A stretch of DNA of 64,000 nucleotides from Eutreptiella sp. 'Long Island Sound 2002' (GCA_964036045.1 OZ038378.1:50344001-50408000), one strand, 5' to 3'; positions 26,135 through 40,549 are shown, numbered from the stretch's first letter. A program made the numbers and translations. The notes: generated from the letters alone by a model not told the origin.

Positions 26135-28740
26135 TGTATCCATGGAGATAACAACAAGGGCAATGCCGCTATGGGGGGGTTTCCCAATAACTCGCACCAT
26201 GCCAAGGGCAAAATTCACAATACATTGCAAAGGCAAATGGGTTGGTGCTCTATACCGATGTGTAGTTGACTTCACAAAAGTTGCCTCTGGAAACTAGGGC
26301 ATTACTCTTTGCCTAATAGTCCTTAGGTCCCGTTGGGTACAGCGGCGTCGCATCCGCAATAGGGCCCGTTGGGAAAGATGCTTGCTGCATGCCAGGCGTA
26401 GCAAGCTCAAGGCCTCGTGCTCTTGAGCTTTGGGTGCAAGGTGGCCACAAATTGCAGCAGAGCGCTGTGCAAGGCAAACAAACAAAGTTCCCCCTTGGTG
26501 TTGGCGATTCGCTCAGTATTGGAATCACCCAAAAGAACCCAAACCAGCTTTTGAACCACGTTCAACCGCCGCCGCCGGCCTTTGGGGCACTGCTATTCGG
26601 TGTAGCGCCCGTGCATTCAGACGCCTCAAGGCATGGTTCACCGCACTATCCCTTCAGAATAAGAAGATTTTTATGTAAAGGCGGGAGGAGGCACGGAACT
26701 AATGCAAGTGCACAAAAACACCCGTGATAACTCCCTTGATAACTCCCACGATACCTAGTTATCGCGCAATAACCCCCGGCGATAACCCCATGATAACTCA
26801 GTGAGGGCACATTAACTTCGCGCCATAACTAGCTAGTGCACCTAGTAACGCGATAACTATTGCAAGAACTAGTTAGTGCACACGGTACCGCACACCTTAT
26901 GGCGGGGCTAGTGCGCATTAGGGCAACCTAAACCCAAGCTCAACAAGCTGCGTGCACCAAGTAGGCTCACAATGGGGCATACAACCTGCAATATAGAGAA
27001 TCACACTTCACCTCTGACCGTCCCATGGAAAAGGAGTATGCAATGCACGTGTGTTGAAGAGGACTAGGGCCTCGGCCATGGCTTGGCATGCCCAACCTTG
27101 GAATTCGGAGACCTCGTGCACACGGGTGTGGCGCTTCTTGTCCTTGATGGACGGGTCCAACAACCCACCACCCTCCAGCCAAAGAGCACCATCATTGAAG
27201 GAACCCACACATGCAATCAACACCATAGAACACCATTCTTTAAATGCTCATGGAAATACATAGCCTCACTCTCTTGAGGGGGCACAATCTGAATGTTACA
27301 CCATGTGCACCAAAGTGGAGCATACAATTGCAGTAGTCATTCAACTATGCAATGAAAGGCAGCAATGGAGCCCTTGTTGGGGCACAAGCAAACTTGGTGC
27401 TCCGAAAATTGGTGGGTTTGGGGACACTACTTCCAACCAAGCCAAAATGGCACCTGTCCACATGGGCCCCATATCTCTTATCCCTCAAACAATGGCATGG
27501 GGCAGCTCCCTAAGCAAACCCAATAGCCATTGACTCAAACTCCTATAGGTGTCGCTATCTTGGCTGACAGCAAATGACGTGCTCAAGGTGGTTATGAGGC
27601 TCCTCACTTGTTGTACAGCAAGCTGCGACCTCTGCTTCACCTCATGCCTCTCTTGGTGAGGACGTCATTTTGTGCCCTAAATGTGGCACAATCCAACTAT
27701 GCCCTCTCTACGCCCTTTGTCTTCCGTGCTAGGTTCGCCATCATCCCCTGTTGTTCCTCCCTATCCTGCCAGACTTGCTCATGAGCCCTCTCAAGGGTTC
27801 TCTGGGTGTGGCCCTGGCCTTTGTTAGCCTTAGCAAGAACAAACATCTAGCCCTGTTGCCTGCTCTTGCTAAGGCCCCCCTCAAAGCCCGTCACCGAAGA
27901 TTGCTCGACACGTGTTGAGCAAGCATCCCTCACCTCACTTGCCATTGTGCGGCCCACAACATCCACACCTAAGGGAGGGGCGTGGGCTTGCACATTGGGA
28001 ATCTTGGTAGGTTGGGGGGCGTGTCTAGCAATTGGCTTCTTGCTATTGCAAGCGGTGCGTTAAACCTCTACCTCCACCTCTTATTCCTCCCCGGAACTGC
28101 CGGTCTACCTCCCAAAGGGCGGTGTTTAGCCGCCTAGACCTCCGTTGGCGCTCGCACACCGTAGTGCCACTCAACGCCGCCCACCCACACAATATCCCCC
28201 CCCCCCGTGCAGTTTGTACGGAACCTCCCTACCGGTGTACACATTTGTTATGTTGTCGGCGTAAAAAGTGAGGAGGAGGAAGTGGGTCTTCCTCACCGGG
28301 GGGTCTACCATGCCGAAAAGGCACAGGAAGCACACCATTGATTCACCCTCCCCCACATCAGGCCATCCGGGCAATGTCTTCTCAGCGCTCACAAAAACAT
28401 AAGTGGGGGCGACGTTGGTCTTTTGCCCCCCCCTCCTTCGCCGGAATGGCCACTGCTTCGACCAAGCAAGGGTCCCCATCCGGCATGCCTCGCTCCTTGG
28501 CTCCATCCACCTCCAAGCTCTCCCCTCCAGCATCGTCTTTGTCTTATACACCTCTCGCCCCGTCTCCTCCCGGATGGCCAAGGTCTTCGTGGTCTTGGGG
28601 GCGGGGCCTGCTGCAGCATCCTTGGCCTCCTTATTGTACAACCTTGGCAACTGCATGATGGTTGTGTGTGGGAACCAAGAGAACAGTGGAATTTGAAATG
28701 CGGAACTCCCGGGTCTGTAGTGAAGCCTAGTAAAAAACAA
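26135..28740 (-). mobile_element. Truncated family-B copy (B3): accessory ORF remnant plus transposase N-terminus
   Basis: The 28171-28740 ORF has YTGREVPYKLHGGG, matching YTGREVWRKLHRGG near 59590. DNA at 26135-26700 and 26940-27560 is homologous to 61300-62520. Homology ends after ISMD. Confidence 0.8.
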
Positions 28741-28960
28741 TTTTTAGAAAAACTTTTTACTAGGTAACAATTTACTAGGTTCACTAGTTTTTACTAGGTA
28801 TTGGGAACCTAGTAAAAAAATTTTTTTTACTGGGTTTCACAACCAAGTAAAAAAAAGTTCTTTTTACTAGGGTTCGAAACGTGGTAAAAAAAGTTTTTGT
28901 TTTTACTAGGTTTCGCAACCTGGTGAAAAAAAAGAGTTTTTGTTACTACGTTACTAGGTG
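28725..28960. repeat. Array of palindromic CCTAGTAAAAA / TTTTTACTAGG units
   Basis: About ten copies in alternating orientation, directly visible. Confidence 0.8.
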
Positions 28961-29259
28961 GCCACCTTACCCACTTGTGGGCCACCTCCGATTCTGCCCG
29001 CCGCTCTGAAGCAGTGGGGACCCCCCGGGCGGCAGGGGTTATGCATACACCTTGCCCACTTGTGGGCCACTTGTGATTCTGCCCCCCGCTCCAGGGGGAC
29101 TCACCATCCTTTTTTGATTTTGCTCCCCGCGCTTGGCGTTGGGGACCCCTGAGAATATAGGGGTGACGTAGCAATTGTGCCCTCTTTTGGGCCCCCCCTT
29201 TTTCCTTTTGCCCTTCGTGTTTGCAGCAGTGTCCTCCAAGCAAAGCTCTGCGGAAGGCA

Positions 29260-30800
29260 CTGGGGTTGTGCCTCGAATGGGTGAACAATGGACCAAAGGC
29301 TACGAACAACTAGGGGGTATAGCTATGCAGCCCGCTCCCCGGATGTGGCAAGAGGCACAATGCATACTTCATGATGCAATCTTTCTCGATGATGGAGACG
29401 CAATCTTCTTCCATCAAGGTGTTGCATCACTGCCTGTCATCATTGCCTGTCCGTGAGTATCCCCCCCATTGATGGCATGCAAGTGGTCTAGTGGAAGAAA
29501 ACCTTGGCCACCATATCTAACGGAGGTCGTGTCACATGGCCCAAATTTGTGAACTTCTTGAGGGTTCACCGTGTCACAGCTCGGGCTTGCACATGTGCCA
29601 CATATTGCAGATTAGGTGTTTATGAGGTCTGTTTGTTGTGGCTTCTTGTGAAGGAACCCGGCTTCAAGGTGCCTTTGCACTACTCCTACAAGTTTGTTGG
29701 TTCCCGTCCCTTTAAGTTTGGTCCCGTGAGACACACCGTTGTAGCCCGCAATAAAGCGCCTCAGGTGCGTGCTCTCAAGTCAAAAGCAGGCCCCCAAAAA
29801 AAGAAAGCCGCCAAGAGGAGCCAAGAATCGTCAGGCTCTAATGCTGATTCAAATTCTAATTCCTCGGCGGATGGTAGCTGTGACGGTGAGTCCCTTGCCC
29901 TTGCACCCTTGTGGAGCGGGAATTGGACCGTGGAAGCAAGTGGTGGCATTCCATGCACCTGTACTGCCCCCCCATCACTTGTGGGCAGTGCCATCGGAAA
30001 GTTTTCTTATGGTGCGTCGATTGCGAGGGGTGCATGTGGTGTTTGAAATGTGAGGACTGCGTTGCTCGCAAGTTTAAACACAGAGATGAGTCGCGATGGG
30101 TCTTGCAAAAGTTGGAGGAGGGGACTGAGGTTGGGAAGATCTTGCATCCCACGCAATCCCATGCTAAAACTAGCCCCTCCTGCCCGTGTGCTTTGCCCCC
30201 CCCCCTCCCCACACCCGTCCACAAATGCATCTCCTACCAGCCCACCTCTAGCCATGGAGGAATTGCACGTGGATAGCATCTTGCACGCCACCCCCTGTAT
30301 GAATGTGGATGGAAGTAGCACCTCTGTGGCCGAGGCATCGAGTACCCCGTTGGACCCCGTCCCACCCAGTTCCATTCCGTCCGGAATCGTTCTTCCTGCA
30401 CCATCTGGTGATCACCCAGCATCTCCTTCTAGGTGCCCTAGTGCAGAACAAATCCTGCGTGATGTGTGGAAAGCACTGAGTGATAGCCAAGGCTCGTTTC
30501 GCCCATCTATGTCATTGGTAGAGGCGTTGTTTGGCAACGATTGGAGGGAGCCACCACATGTCACAGTTCCAGGTTTGTCACCGCAACAATTTGAGTTTGA
30601 CATACTCAGCCTATTGCAAGGCCACCGTACACGAAATACCAGCAGCCCTCAACGGCCATGAAGGCCAGAGCACCAGGTCAAGTCCGTCAAGGGGGCGAAA
30701 CATTGCAGAGTGCAAGCTGCCTATTTGGGCAAAAGGACACTTTGTGGTGGGACATCCCTTTGGGGCGGCGGTGGTGGTGGTGCTGGATGTCGTACCTGAG
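29260..30800 (+). pseudogene. MULE-like transposase C-terminal remnant (SWIM finger, second Cys-rich finger, possible protease-like tail)
   Basis: RACTCATYCRLGVYEVCLLWL is SWIM-like. CGQCHRKVFLWCVDCEGCMWCLKC is paralogous to 13492-13884. SCLFGQKDTLWW is paralogous to about 13070. Confidence 0.5.
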
Positions 30801-33589
30801 GGTGTTGCAATCCATTGTCCATCCCACTTTTTGCGGACTAGTAGCGGCGACCATAATGGTTAAGCGGGGCGGGATGTGTTGACTGCCCTAGTAGCCGGAA
30901 ACGTGTGGCGAGCCAGGGGGATATCCCGCGGGTCCCTATCCAACTACGGGCAGAGGACGTCCAAGACATGCCACCACTTCCAAAGACACGAACAGAACCA
31001 AATCGCCCGACATCTAGGGCGGGTAGAATGCAAGATGGGGATTTCAGAGCCGCCACAGGATCAGACACGCACAACAAGCAGTACACACCCGTCACCTCTT
31101 GTTGGCTTTGCCCAGCTGTGCCATCTTGTGGACTTGCACCAGGATCCGGGGCTTGCTGGCAACGTGATGCAGCTCGTCAGAATCCCTTTCCGGAAAATAG
31201 CGCATGAGACCCGTCACCTTCATGCCACGCCCCTACTTGCTGACAAGATTATCCGTATTCAGTTCCGTTAGATGTTGAGCTCAAATACCCAACATATTTG
31301 AGAAGTCGTCGCCATGTCGCCAGCAACCTCCTCCTCTGCCATAGCCATGCAATGCCGCCTGCGCATGGTCATCCCAGATCTTGCTGAAGGGCAAGACGTG
31401 CTACTTTTTCGCCAGACGGGGCATGTCTTGGAAAGGAGCTGCATCATCACACCCATTTGTGCAAGATTGTACCTCACAATGGAGAGGCCGCACGAACAGA
31501 ACACGGAAAACACGTAGAATGCGGGGACAGCTGCAGAGCCAGAAGCAGAGACATTGCGCGCCGCTGCCGCAACATCCATGACAACCCACGACAGCTCTGG
31601 AGCCAACACATAGGGAACACGCATGACGCAGGGCACACCCGTTGCTATCTGTAGTGGTGTACAAGGCGGCCAATATAGCAGCCATGTGGATCCGGCTGCA
31701 AAAAAAGTTCCCTATTTGTAAGTCGTGCCGAGCTTGATGTGGTGCTCGATCCACTGAATTATGAGTAGCCTTGGTCTTCAATTTGGTCCTTATCACCATA
31801 GTCATCGTTCTTCCCCAAAATCGTGGTCCTTGGAGCCTTTCGCGTGGGCTTCATTTTGAACGACCTCATCCTCCCCCATCTTCGGCTTTTTTGATGCGGC
31901 TGTTGGCGGCCGCATCTGCTTTCCTTTCTCCTTTTTCTTCTCCTCCCCCCCCTTCTGTTGTGCCTCCTCCCTTGTTGTTTCACCATGTTTCTTCTTCTTC
32001 TGCTTTCTCTCCTTGCTCTTGTCCTTAGTTGCCACATATGCAAAAAAACTCCCCTTCTTGAGCTTGGCGAAGCGGACCATCACATTCCCCAGCGTTCTCA
32101 ATTTGTACACCTCACCCTTGGCATTGTCCACATGGTACCATCCCGCCTCCAAGAGGACCATTTCCGTCACCTTCATCACATTATCGTTTAATGTATGCAG
32201 GCGTTGGTTGCATCTAGCCTGCACCGTACCTGGTTGTGTCACAGCGAGGACACGTCTCCCAACATGAAACAAACGGCAAAGATGCGGCTGGCGTGCATAC
32301 CCTTTCACATCCACGCTTGGGCACAAAGATAGCGACGTGAGCGACGTCCGTGACGAGTAGCACTAGCCGCATAGACAAGCGCAAAGGCAAGCATCAAGAA
32401 ATTGGAGGACATGCAGCACAATCATTACCTGGACAAACCCACGGCACCCAGGAGGCACATACTCGTTTCTTGCCATATCTCAAACAACACCGCTGCAATG
32501 CAATCCGACGCGTAGTCTACATACTAGAAGAGTCAACCATCTCTAGGGGCGTACGGCTAGTTGAAATTCTTTGGGATACAACCGAATTGCCATCCTGCCA
32601 TAGCAAACCGATGGGGGGCAAGAAACGCACGAACTCCACACCCAAAACCGTCTAGGGCTCGAGGGCCACAAAGGCCAGAGCGTCAGCCGATATCAAGGGT
32701 TAAACAAGTAGGCAATCGTGACGTTTTGGGTCACAGGACCATGCGCCTAAATGTAACAAATTTGGCTCAAACATCCAACATTCTAATTAGTGGACGATAG
32801 AACTATGCCTTCAGTGCAAAGTTGCACTTCCCAAACATTGGGATGCGGCGTTCTAGGGCGTGGTGCGGAACCCCTAGTTAGAGGACAATTTCCGGAACAT
32901 GCCGATACCCCGTTAGGTGGAGGAAAACTGAAAAATGTTCCTCCATTTCTCGGCAAAAAAAGTGGAATGTGCCAAGCACCAATGGATCCACCTGGTGGGG
33001 GACCAACCTGAGTCTCCCCAAGCTCTTGAAATTTTTGTGGTCAACGCACGGTGGCATTCCACTTGGGTTAGAGTGTACATCTCCCTCCCCCTCCAAAGCT
33101 CACACAAACCCTCAATGCATTTTACCATGACATGCACAACAACCCATAGCAGAGGTCCATAAGGGCTCCTCACTGTGGGGACATGATCTTTGAGGCAATC
33201 CACAAATTGTCTTCGGAAGGGGGGGGGGGGTTAGGAAAACTTTGGTGCTTGTAAGATCAAAATCGTGTTACTTGGCCCTTGAGGCCGAGGGGAGACGTTC
33301 CCTTAGAGGAATGGCTGAGGTCTCATCCTTCAGGGCTTGTGTGACGGCTTGCAAAGCTGCAAGAGCTTGGGCCCTACCAGGGCGGGAAGAAAATTGCTCT
33401 GCAGGGGGAGGGGTGAAATGAAAACCCATTTTCCAACCCCCCCCTCCTTGGTCGCTGTGCCGGAACTATAGTTACCGAGTGCCAGCGGGGGTGGTACTTT
33501 TGTTTAAGGGTACGATGACCCCCGGTCACTTCAGGCTGCCATGCGGCGCCCCGCCTAGGCCTTACCGCGGCACCATGGAGATTGGCCTC

Positions 33590-34399
33590 TCAATCAGAAG
33601 CCGACCCTGATGAGTCATCGAAATCAGAGCTTGAGCTATTGCTAGAATCACAGCTGGAGTGATCGCTGGAATTAGAGCTGCCGTCCGAGGAGTCCGAGCT
33701 GCTGGAGGAGTTGGAACTAGAAGCAGAAGAGAAGGGCGCATCAGTGCAAGTCATAAAAGGAACATAATCTGCATCCGTACCACGTGATGGTGGTGCAGAT
33801 ACGTGGTTTCGCAGGCAGTTAGGGCACAACCATGGTCCATCAAGAATTTCATACAAAGGGGATTGACAGCACAATTGATGGCACCCACGTGGCTCTGAGT
33901 GGTCCCCATCACAAATGACAATACCATTCCCCTCAAAAACATCACCTCTCAAGCAAACAAAGCATATCAGATCATCCTCTACATCTTCGTCCTCATTGGA
34001 GCCATCTTCTTCAAGCATACTAATTGCCTACTCAGATTGTAGGCCTTGAGACTCCCTAATGCGCGCAATATTATTCTGCACCCGCTGAACCAATTCAACA
34101 TTTGGACTTGAAGTGGTTAAGCCATGGTTGCCAAGCAGCAACTTCAGATTGGCAACTGTACACTGCCCGTTCCTGCCAAAAAGACCCCGTGTTTGCCTCA
34201 ACAAGCGCTCCACATCACTCAACAGAGAGGGAGTGACCGCCCCACAGCGCCGCTTAAGCTTGGCCTCTGCTTTTGCAAACTGCAAAGAGCGCTTCACGGC
34301 AAACCACTTACTAATTCCTGATACCTTGGAGGTTGTGCCAAAAGCATTGCGTTGAGAGGTCAGCCATTTGGGCAGCAGTAGGGCTTGCAGTCTCTGCAT
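33590..34399 (-). pseudogene. SAP domain followed in frame (across one TAG) by a PHD finger, at the C-terminus of the Zator-like element
   Basis: CTVANLKLLLGNHGLTTSSPNVELVQRV is SAP-like. CFVC...VICDGDHSEPRGCHQLCC...WLCPNC is a C4HC3 PHD pattern. Confidence 0.75.
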
Positions 34400-34807
34400 A
34401 CAGTTACTTGCACAAAATAGATGGAGGTGACTGCTTCATCACTATTTTTTTTCTGTTGCTTTTTTTTGCTCAACCTCAGCAGAGGACAGAAATTGCTCGT
34501 TGTTTCCAACAATGGGATCATCCAAGAACGGGCAAATGTCCTCACAACTTACCGCAAGATTGTTGCACATTGCAAATGTGGGGGCAGAGGGGTAATCTTG
34601 TGCGGTACACAAATACCCCAACACATCCATGCACGCTATGCGACGCAACTGAAAATCGAAGTGGCGTGCACAAGAATGCAATTGTTGGTACCTGAGGACA
34701 CACCGAATGTGCGAGCGACGTTCAACTGGCATGTCCACTGCACATCCATCTAGGATTGCAAGAAAGTGTGACCAAAATTCAGCACCGTAAGTATCAGACC
34801 CTGCAAC

Positions 34808-36070
34808 TTATGGGTGGGAGGCAAGGCTCACAATATTTTTTTTCGCATACACACCAGCCGCAATGGCTTCAGTGCGGATCATTTGAAAGCGTCTCCTACG
34901 TTGTTGCAGTGCTTTAGCGGCAGGAAGACTGTCATCCTCAAGCAAAAGGAGTGCATCTTTAATGCATGCCTTTTGAACGACACGAGTTTCCACACCATTT
35001 ATCCTGTCGGCCTCATTGTAAGAGGACATACCGGCTGCCCTGAAAGTGGCATTGGTGTAGAGACGCCCGTTGTCCAAGTGTTCAAACGTCAGAGCTAGGC
35101 GGACCTCAGAGTTTCTGGGATTCTGTTCCCATCCACCATCACTGATGAAAGTGATTTTACCACCCTGTTTCTATTCACGGACCTGAGGTTGTGACAGCAC
35201 CAATTGTAGATCATTGATCTGTTGCATGGGGTTGCTACGACGCTCGCTCACCACTCTGGTGACCCCGAAAGGAACTTTTCTGATCTTAAATTCATACTTC
35301 TGCGACACATGAGAAGCAGGTGAACCACATTCCTTGGGCAGGTAAAGCAGCACAGTGTTCCTGACGCATTTCAGTTGGCCTGTTACCACTGTGGCATCAC
35401 TGTACGGTGCAGCTTCATGCAAGCGGGAGCTCATGAATACAAGCAGTTTTGTGAACGTGCTACTATTGAATTCCGAGCATGCATGGTCATCCCATGACAC
35501 ACCAATGCGCCGGCGATGCAGTGCTGTGGTGATGGCACATTTCACCAGTTTGTTTGAAAAATGCCCATCCACGTGCCATTCATCCGAAGCCCTTGCAAAC
35601 TTGCGACGCAGAACAGCTGCAATGGGTTTATGCAGGGCAGCGACGGTGCTACTGCTACGCTGAGCTGCAACACAGTGGCGCACAGTGGCCTCTGAGATCT
35701 TGAAACCATGCCCAATTCGCTCCTCAACAAGGCGCGCAATATTCTGCCACGTGGCAGTGCGTGACCTAACAACTTCCTCGGTGTCCCTCGCCCGACCCAC
35801 AGCACTCTCTTGAAAAACACCAAGATCGTTGGCGGCCTGTTCTATATGGACACCCAGATCAACGTTCAAATGTTCAGCCTGTTTTTTTTTGGAAGGACGC
35901 CCGCCCTTGTGCACAGCAGCAATCATGTCATGCATACCTGCAGACAGACTACGCTTCTGCGGCAACATATTCTGTGCTGCGCTCACATCCCTGGCTGTAG
36001 CCAAATGAAAAAGTTCAACGGCAGCAGTATGCAAGAACGTGGCAGTGACAATGGAATGCGCTGAACGCAC
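34808..36070 (-). pseudogene. Zator-like DDE transposase core, one in-frame TAG at 35171
   Basis: VSWDDHA, FISDGGWEQNP and AAGMSSYNEADR correspond to the SRDDKA / DGGPDENP / APGRSAFNRVERR motifs I recall for Zator/TP36. The frame is continuous across the stop. Confidence 0.7.
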
Positions 36071-39000
36071 ACCTGCTTCGCGCCAATTAAACGTTCTCCG
36101 CTAAAAACTGGTCCCGGTCATGTTATAGAGGATTGATTTCAGCACCCCCTTTGCTACAGCACTGGGAAATGCGCGCAGAAACTGATGCACGGGCAGAGCG
36201 CGCACCTTAGAGCGCAGTACCGCAGCTCCCTGCTGTTCAGCAGCAACCTGTGAAACAAAAGTGAGGAGAGCAGCACGTGCCTCAGCTATCGCAGGGAGTT
36301 GAAACCACAAAACAGTTGGAGCCCCCCCCCTAGCGCACATGAAACATTCTGCCACGTTCTTCAGGTGTAACGTCAGCCATTCACCCATGTGCCCAGGTGA
36401 ATGAAGGTGCCGGCTCTTTGGGGAGCAGCCACCTTCCATATGCAATGCTTGCAAATGAGACTAGCGCACACATACATGCTGTAACAGAGCATCAACACAC
36501 AGCACCAGATGGTGGGCATTTGTCACACTCAAACGCGCAATGTTCGGGAAAGTGTGTGCCACCTTCTGTCTCTTAGGTTTTTTTTATCTGACACCTACTT
36601 CGCAACGTGCGCACGTAGTTCCTGCAGCAGCACGTACAACTGTGTTTCACGCCAAAGGGGGCTGGCACCCACATTCAGGGCCGCATACAAATCCAAAGTG
36701 GCCGGGGCTCTTTGTGCCTCCGAGTCTGTCGATGCCTCCGACATAATGGGAGATGATGGACCAAGGACAGGCTGTGCGTTGGTGAGGGGGGGGCTGAATG
36801 TGGTGTAGTGATTAGTGGTCTACAGTAGCACAGCATGCATTCCAGAGCCATATGACACATCAGGCTTTGCCACAATGTAAAAAACCCCATCCAGATCTTG
36901 CACCACGGTGCGGTACACTCCAAGCAGGTGTCCTAGCCTAACAGCGGTTCGTGGTTCTAAGCCCTGCAAATGAAGGAGTTCCTCCCGCATTGGCACACGT
37001 GGCACCATCACACGGATCATCTGCCTGACAGCGCAAATGCGTACAGCAGCGGCTGCCTCGGGATGCAAAGGAGGTGGGCGCAACAATGGCAGTCCTACAA
37101 AGAACATACCATACAATGCACAATCTGCCATTACCGAAGTTGCTTGAGATGTCCCTTGCACAGTCATAGGCCTACACACTTCATTGACCCCACACGTAGG
37201 TCGTGAAGAGTACACACCAGGAAGCATTGCTGAAATTGCGGTGCGAATGCGTGCAGTCAGACGAGGCAAGGGCGGTGATTCTTTCAAAGATGAAACTTCA
37301 TTGCCTCGGGCAGTATGCAATATGTGATCCAAAGCACCGGTGGCATTAATACCTTGGTCACTAACAATTGACTCTACAAAGGAAACCAGAGTTTCTTCAT
37401 GGGACAGGTACTGTGGGGATGGCTCAGGCAAAAGGCCCATGACATGACAAATGCGTTCCGTAGGGGGGTTGGAGGAACTGGGGCTGCTCCTTGGTGAAGC
37501 AACAAAGCGCTCCAAAGTTGCACTGTTGCAGGCGGGTTGCTGAGGCGGGGGGGGGGGGGGTGAAATAATCACGCAATGTCCTTTTTTTGGGAGTCTCAGA
37601 CCAAGGTTCTGCACCCTCTGCTGTCACTATCTCACCGGCTCATGATAATTTGGTCATTAAAGCGTTCAGCTCACTCAGCCAGTGGCTATCGGCACAGCTC
37701 ACTCAGCCAGTGGCTATCGCCACGTGGGTGTGCATTTTTTTCAATGCGCAAACGCACAGCGCGTTGTGCATCACACGGCAAACCTTTGTGGTGGACAAGC
37801 AGTGCACAACGGGCTGGCCGTAGCATAGATGCCTCCATGCTGGCAACCTGAATTTTCAGCTTCAAAGTACTCAATGCATCTACACTAAAGTTCTTGTCAG
37901 CCAGTTGTTTTTCGACGCTACGGATCAAAGCCCACCGTTGTTGGACATGAAGACTGCTTTCCTTCAAAGGCAAAGAGAAATGCACTTCATAGAAATGCAC
38001 ATGGTCGGAGTTCCAGAATACCTCATATGGGATCCCTGGGCGCGGAAACAGAGTGACTGCTAGAGGAATGACTTCCGACATTCTAAAAGCAAGACATTCC
38101 AAGTGTGAAAAAAGATACTTTTTTTTTAGGCATGGTAATGCATGGGTCACGTTAATCTTTGGTACCGGGTGCAGAATTTGGACCTACCCCAGCAACCCGG
38201 GGTGTGAGTGCGTATTTCGCTTAGCCCACTTTATAACAGGGTTGGGCATCGTGACCCTCAACTGATGAGAGCCCCAGGCATCCCTAGTCATCAGTTTTTT
38301 CTTTTCCCCTGTCTCCCAAGGCAGCCCTTGTTGGGAGGTGCATACACTTGCAAAAGAATGGTAAGTCAAGGCTACCGGTCCCCGGCCTCTAACAAAAAAG
38401 GCCTACTATCCGCTCAACCATTGGCGGGCGTATCATGCCAGCCCACGGCACTCATTGTCGCCGGCAAATTTTCAAACAAAGCTACAGAAATGCCCCTTGT
38501 TAAGGAGCGCGGCACGAACGTCCATTTCTCCAACACCCCCCCTCCTTCGGCGGGCGTTCATGTCACCCCCCCCCCCCCTGCAGAGCAATTTTCAGGTCGC
38601 CCAGGGGTACCAGGGGGGAGGGCCTGAAAGGTGGTCTCAGTGCGCTTTGCAGTGCTATTGCGAATGCAGCATGCTGCATGTTGGTAGTCCCCCGGCCGTC
38701 TATCGGGGGTCAGACATCTCAAAAATGCCCCCCATCTGGAGGTGGACGCCACCCCCATTTGCTCAACAATACCATTGGGGTCTTTGCACAACCAACACTT
38801 AGACCCAGCCTCCCGCATTGCTTGCATTCCCTTCCCATCCCCCGTCAAAATAACAATGCAAGTCAAAAATTGGTTTTGAAAGAGGACAACGTCCTCCTCC
38901 ACATCCCTGTCTTGGTTGGTTGAGGTTGGCGGAGATGTCGAGGCTTCTCAAAAAAGCGTGTTCATCCCCGCCATCCATGCAAAACCATGAGGCCCATAGC

Positions 39001-40549
39001 TTCACCTTCGAAGCACACTTTGCCCCCCCCCCCCCCATACATTGATCCATACATCCGCATCGGTCGAGGATGCCTTCCACAAGAAAGTCGCATCAACTGA
39101 AATGGCAACAATGGCAACGCCACTAGGGGGGGGTATCCCAATAACTCGGGCCATAGATATTGCATTATGCACAATTGACTTCAAAGGCACATGGGCAGCA
39201 ACCCAATTGCGGCCTGTGGTAGACCTTACAATAGTTGCTTGGGAAAGGGCCATTGTAGATTATTTGAGAGCTGAAGCGAAGAGGGGAAACATGGAACAAG
39301 AGAAAATGAAGCGCGATAACCTACGCGATAACTCGCACGATAACTAGTAACTGCGCGATATCTAGCGCGATAACCGCCGCAATAAGTATTGCTCTAGACC
39401 CGTTGTAACTAGTTAGAGCACAAAAAGACCAAATCGCAAAAAGTCCAAAACGGGCAATACCGAGCAAACGAGACATGCAAGGCACATTGTTGCATCATAG
39501 TGCGGCCATGTAACATGCAAAAGTCCGGGTGCCAACCATATTAACAACCCTAAATTGGGGGTGTCCTGCACCACGCCCTAGAACAACGCATCCCAGTCAT
39601 TGCACGTGTGTTTGCCACCAACCTTCACATTTGAGCTGCACACATCTCCCTCCGTTGTCTAGCGGCCCCCTTTCAAACAACGTGCAATGTCCTTGCCAGC
39701 ACGTGGCAAAACGTCTGGCCCATTTGTCTTGGACACAGCTGTTGGGGCGTGCAAACACACACCGTTCCCAAAGATGACTCAAAACATCGGCACCCTTCCC
39801 ACAACAGTCCGCGGCCTAGTTTGCAACGTGGCGGCACATGCCTATCACCTCCGGACCACCGCGTCTGCAATCCTCACATGCTTTGAGCGCTTGCTTGGTC
39901 TACGCTTGTGTTTTCTAGTGGCGATGAAAGCAAAGAAACAAGGCTACAAGAAGAGACACCTGCCCGGTGGCAGCCGGCCTACAAGGCCTATTATATACCC
40001 TCGGGCCTCAAGAGGGCTGACGCCCTTCACAGGTTTGGCCCCTAACCCTTGCACACCGTAAAACAAACATAACCGAAAACCGCAAAAATTCCAGAACACA
40101 ACACTCAACCTCCAGAGCGACAACCACGCCCAGGCAAAATGTCCGGAACACGTGCGACATGCACGGCACATGCAAGTGAAAAACAAAACACCTAGGACAT
40201 GCAGAGCATTGGAGCCACCCTCCAAAAGTGGTTCTACCCTTCCAAACGTGACAATTGAAAAAATTCGACTACACCATTGCAATAGACACCCTCGAAAAGC
40301 CCAAGTTCCACTTTTATCGGTAGAGCGTCGCTGGTATCCTACGTGCCCCCCTAAAACACAGCCTAGGGAGTATAACGCAAGTGAAGTGGTGAAGGTCATG
40401 GCCCAAATGCATTCCACATAATGCAGCGAAACTCCCGCCGTAGTGCATCGTGGCTATGAGCATCCACTTGCATGAACTTGTACCAAATTCGTACAAGGTT
40501 GGTACAAAATTCAGACAAATTTTGTATGATTTCATGTGAACTCTGTTCA

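Larger units (their letters stand above)
33377..38607 (-). mobile_element. Zator/IS630-clan (TP36-related) DNA transposon, about 5.2 kb, TA-flanked
   Basis: Imperfect TIR of about 50 bp (core GAAAATTGCTCTGCAGGGGG). TA at 33375-76 and 38608-09. The host B2 transposase sequence resumes across the insert. Confidence 0.75.
32839..39595 (-). mobile_element. Family-B internally deleted copy (B2) with both TIRs, split by a nested Zator-like element
   Basis: TGGGATGCGGCGTTCTAGGGCGTGGTGCGG at 32839 and its inverted counterpart ending GCATCCCA at 39595. Transposase pieces at 32913-33375 (PTRWIHWCLAH) and 38608-39260 (LTGDGK, CWLC, GDYQH). Confidence 0.88.
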
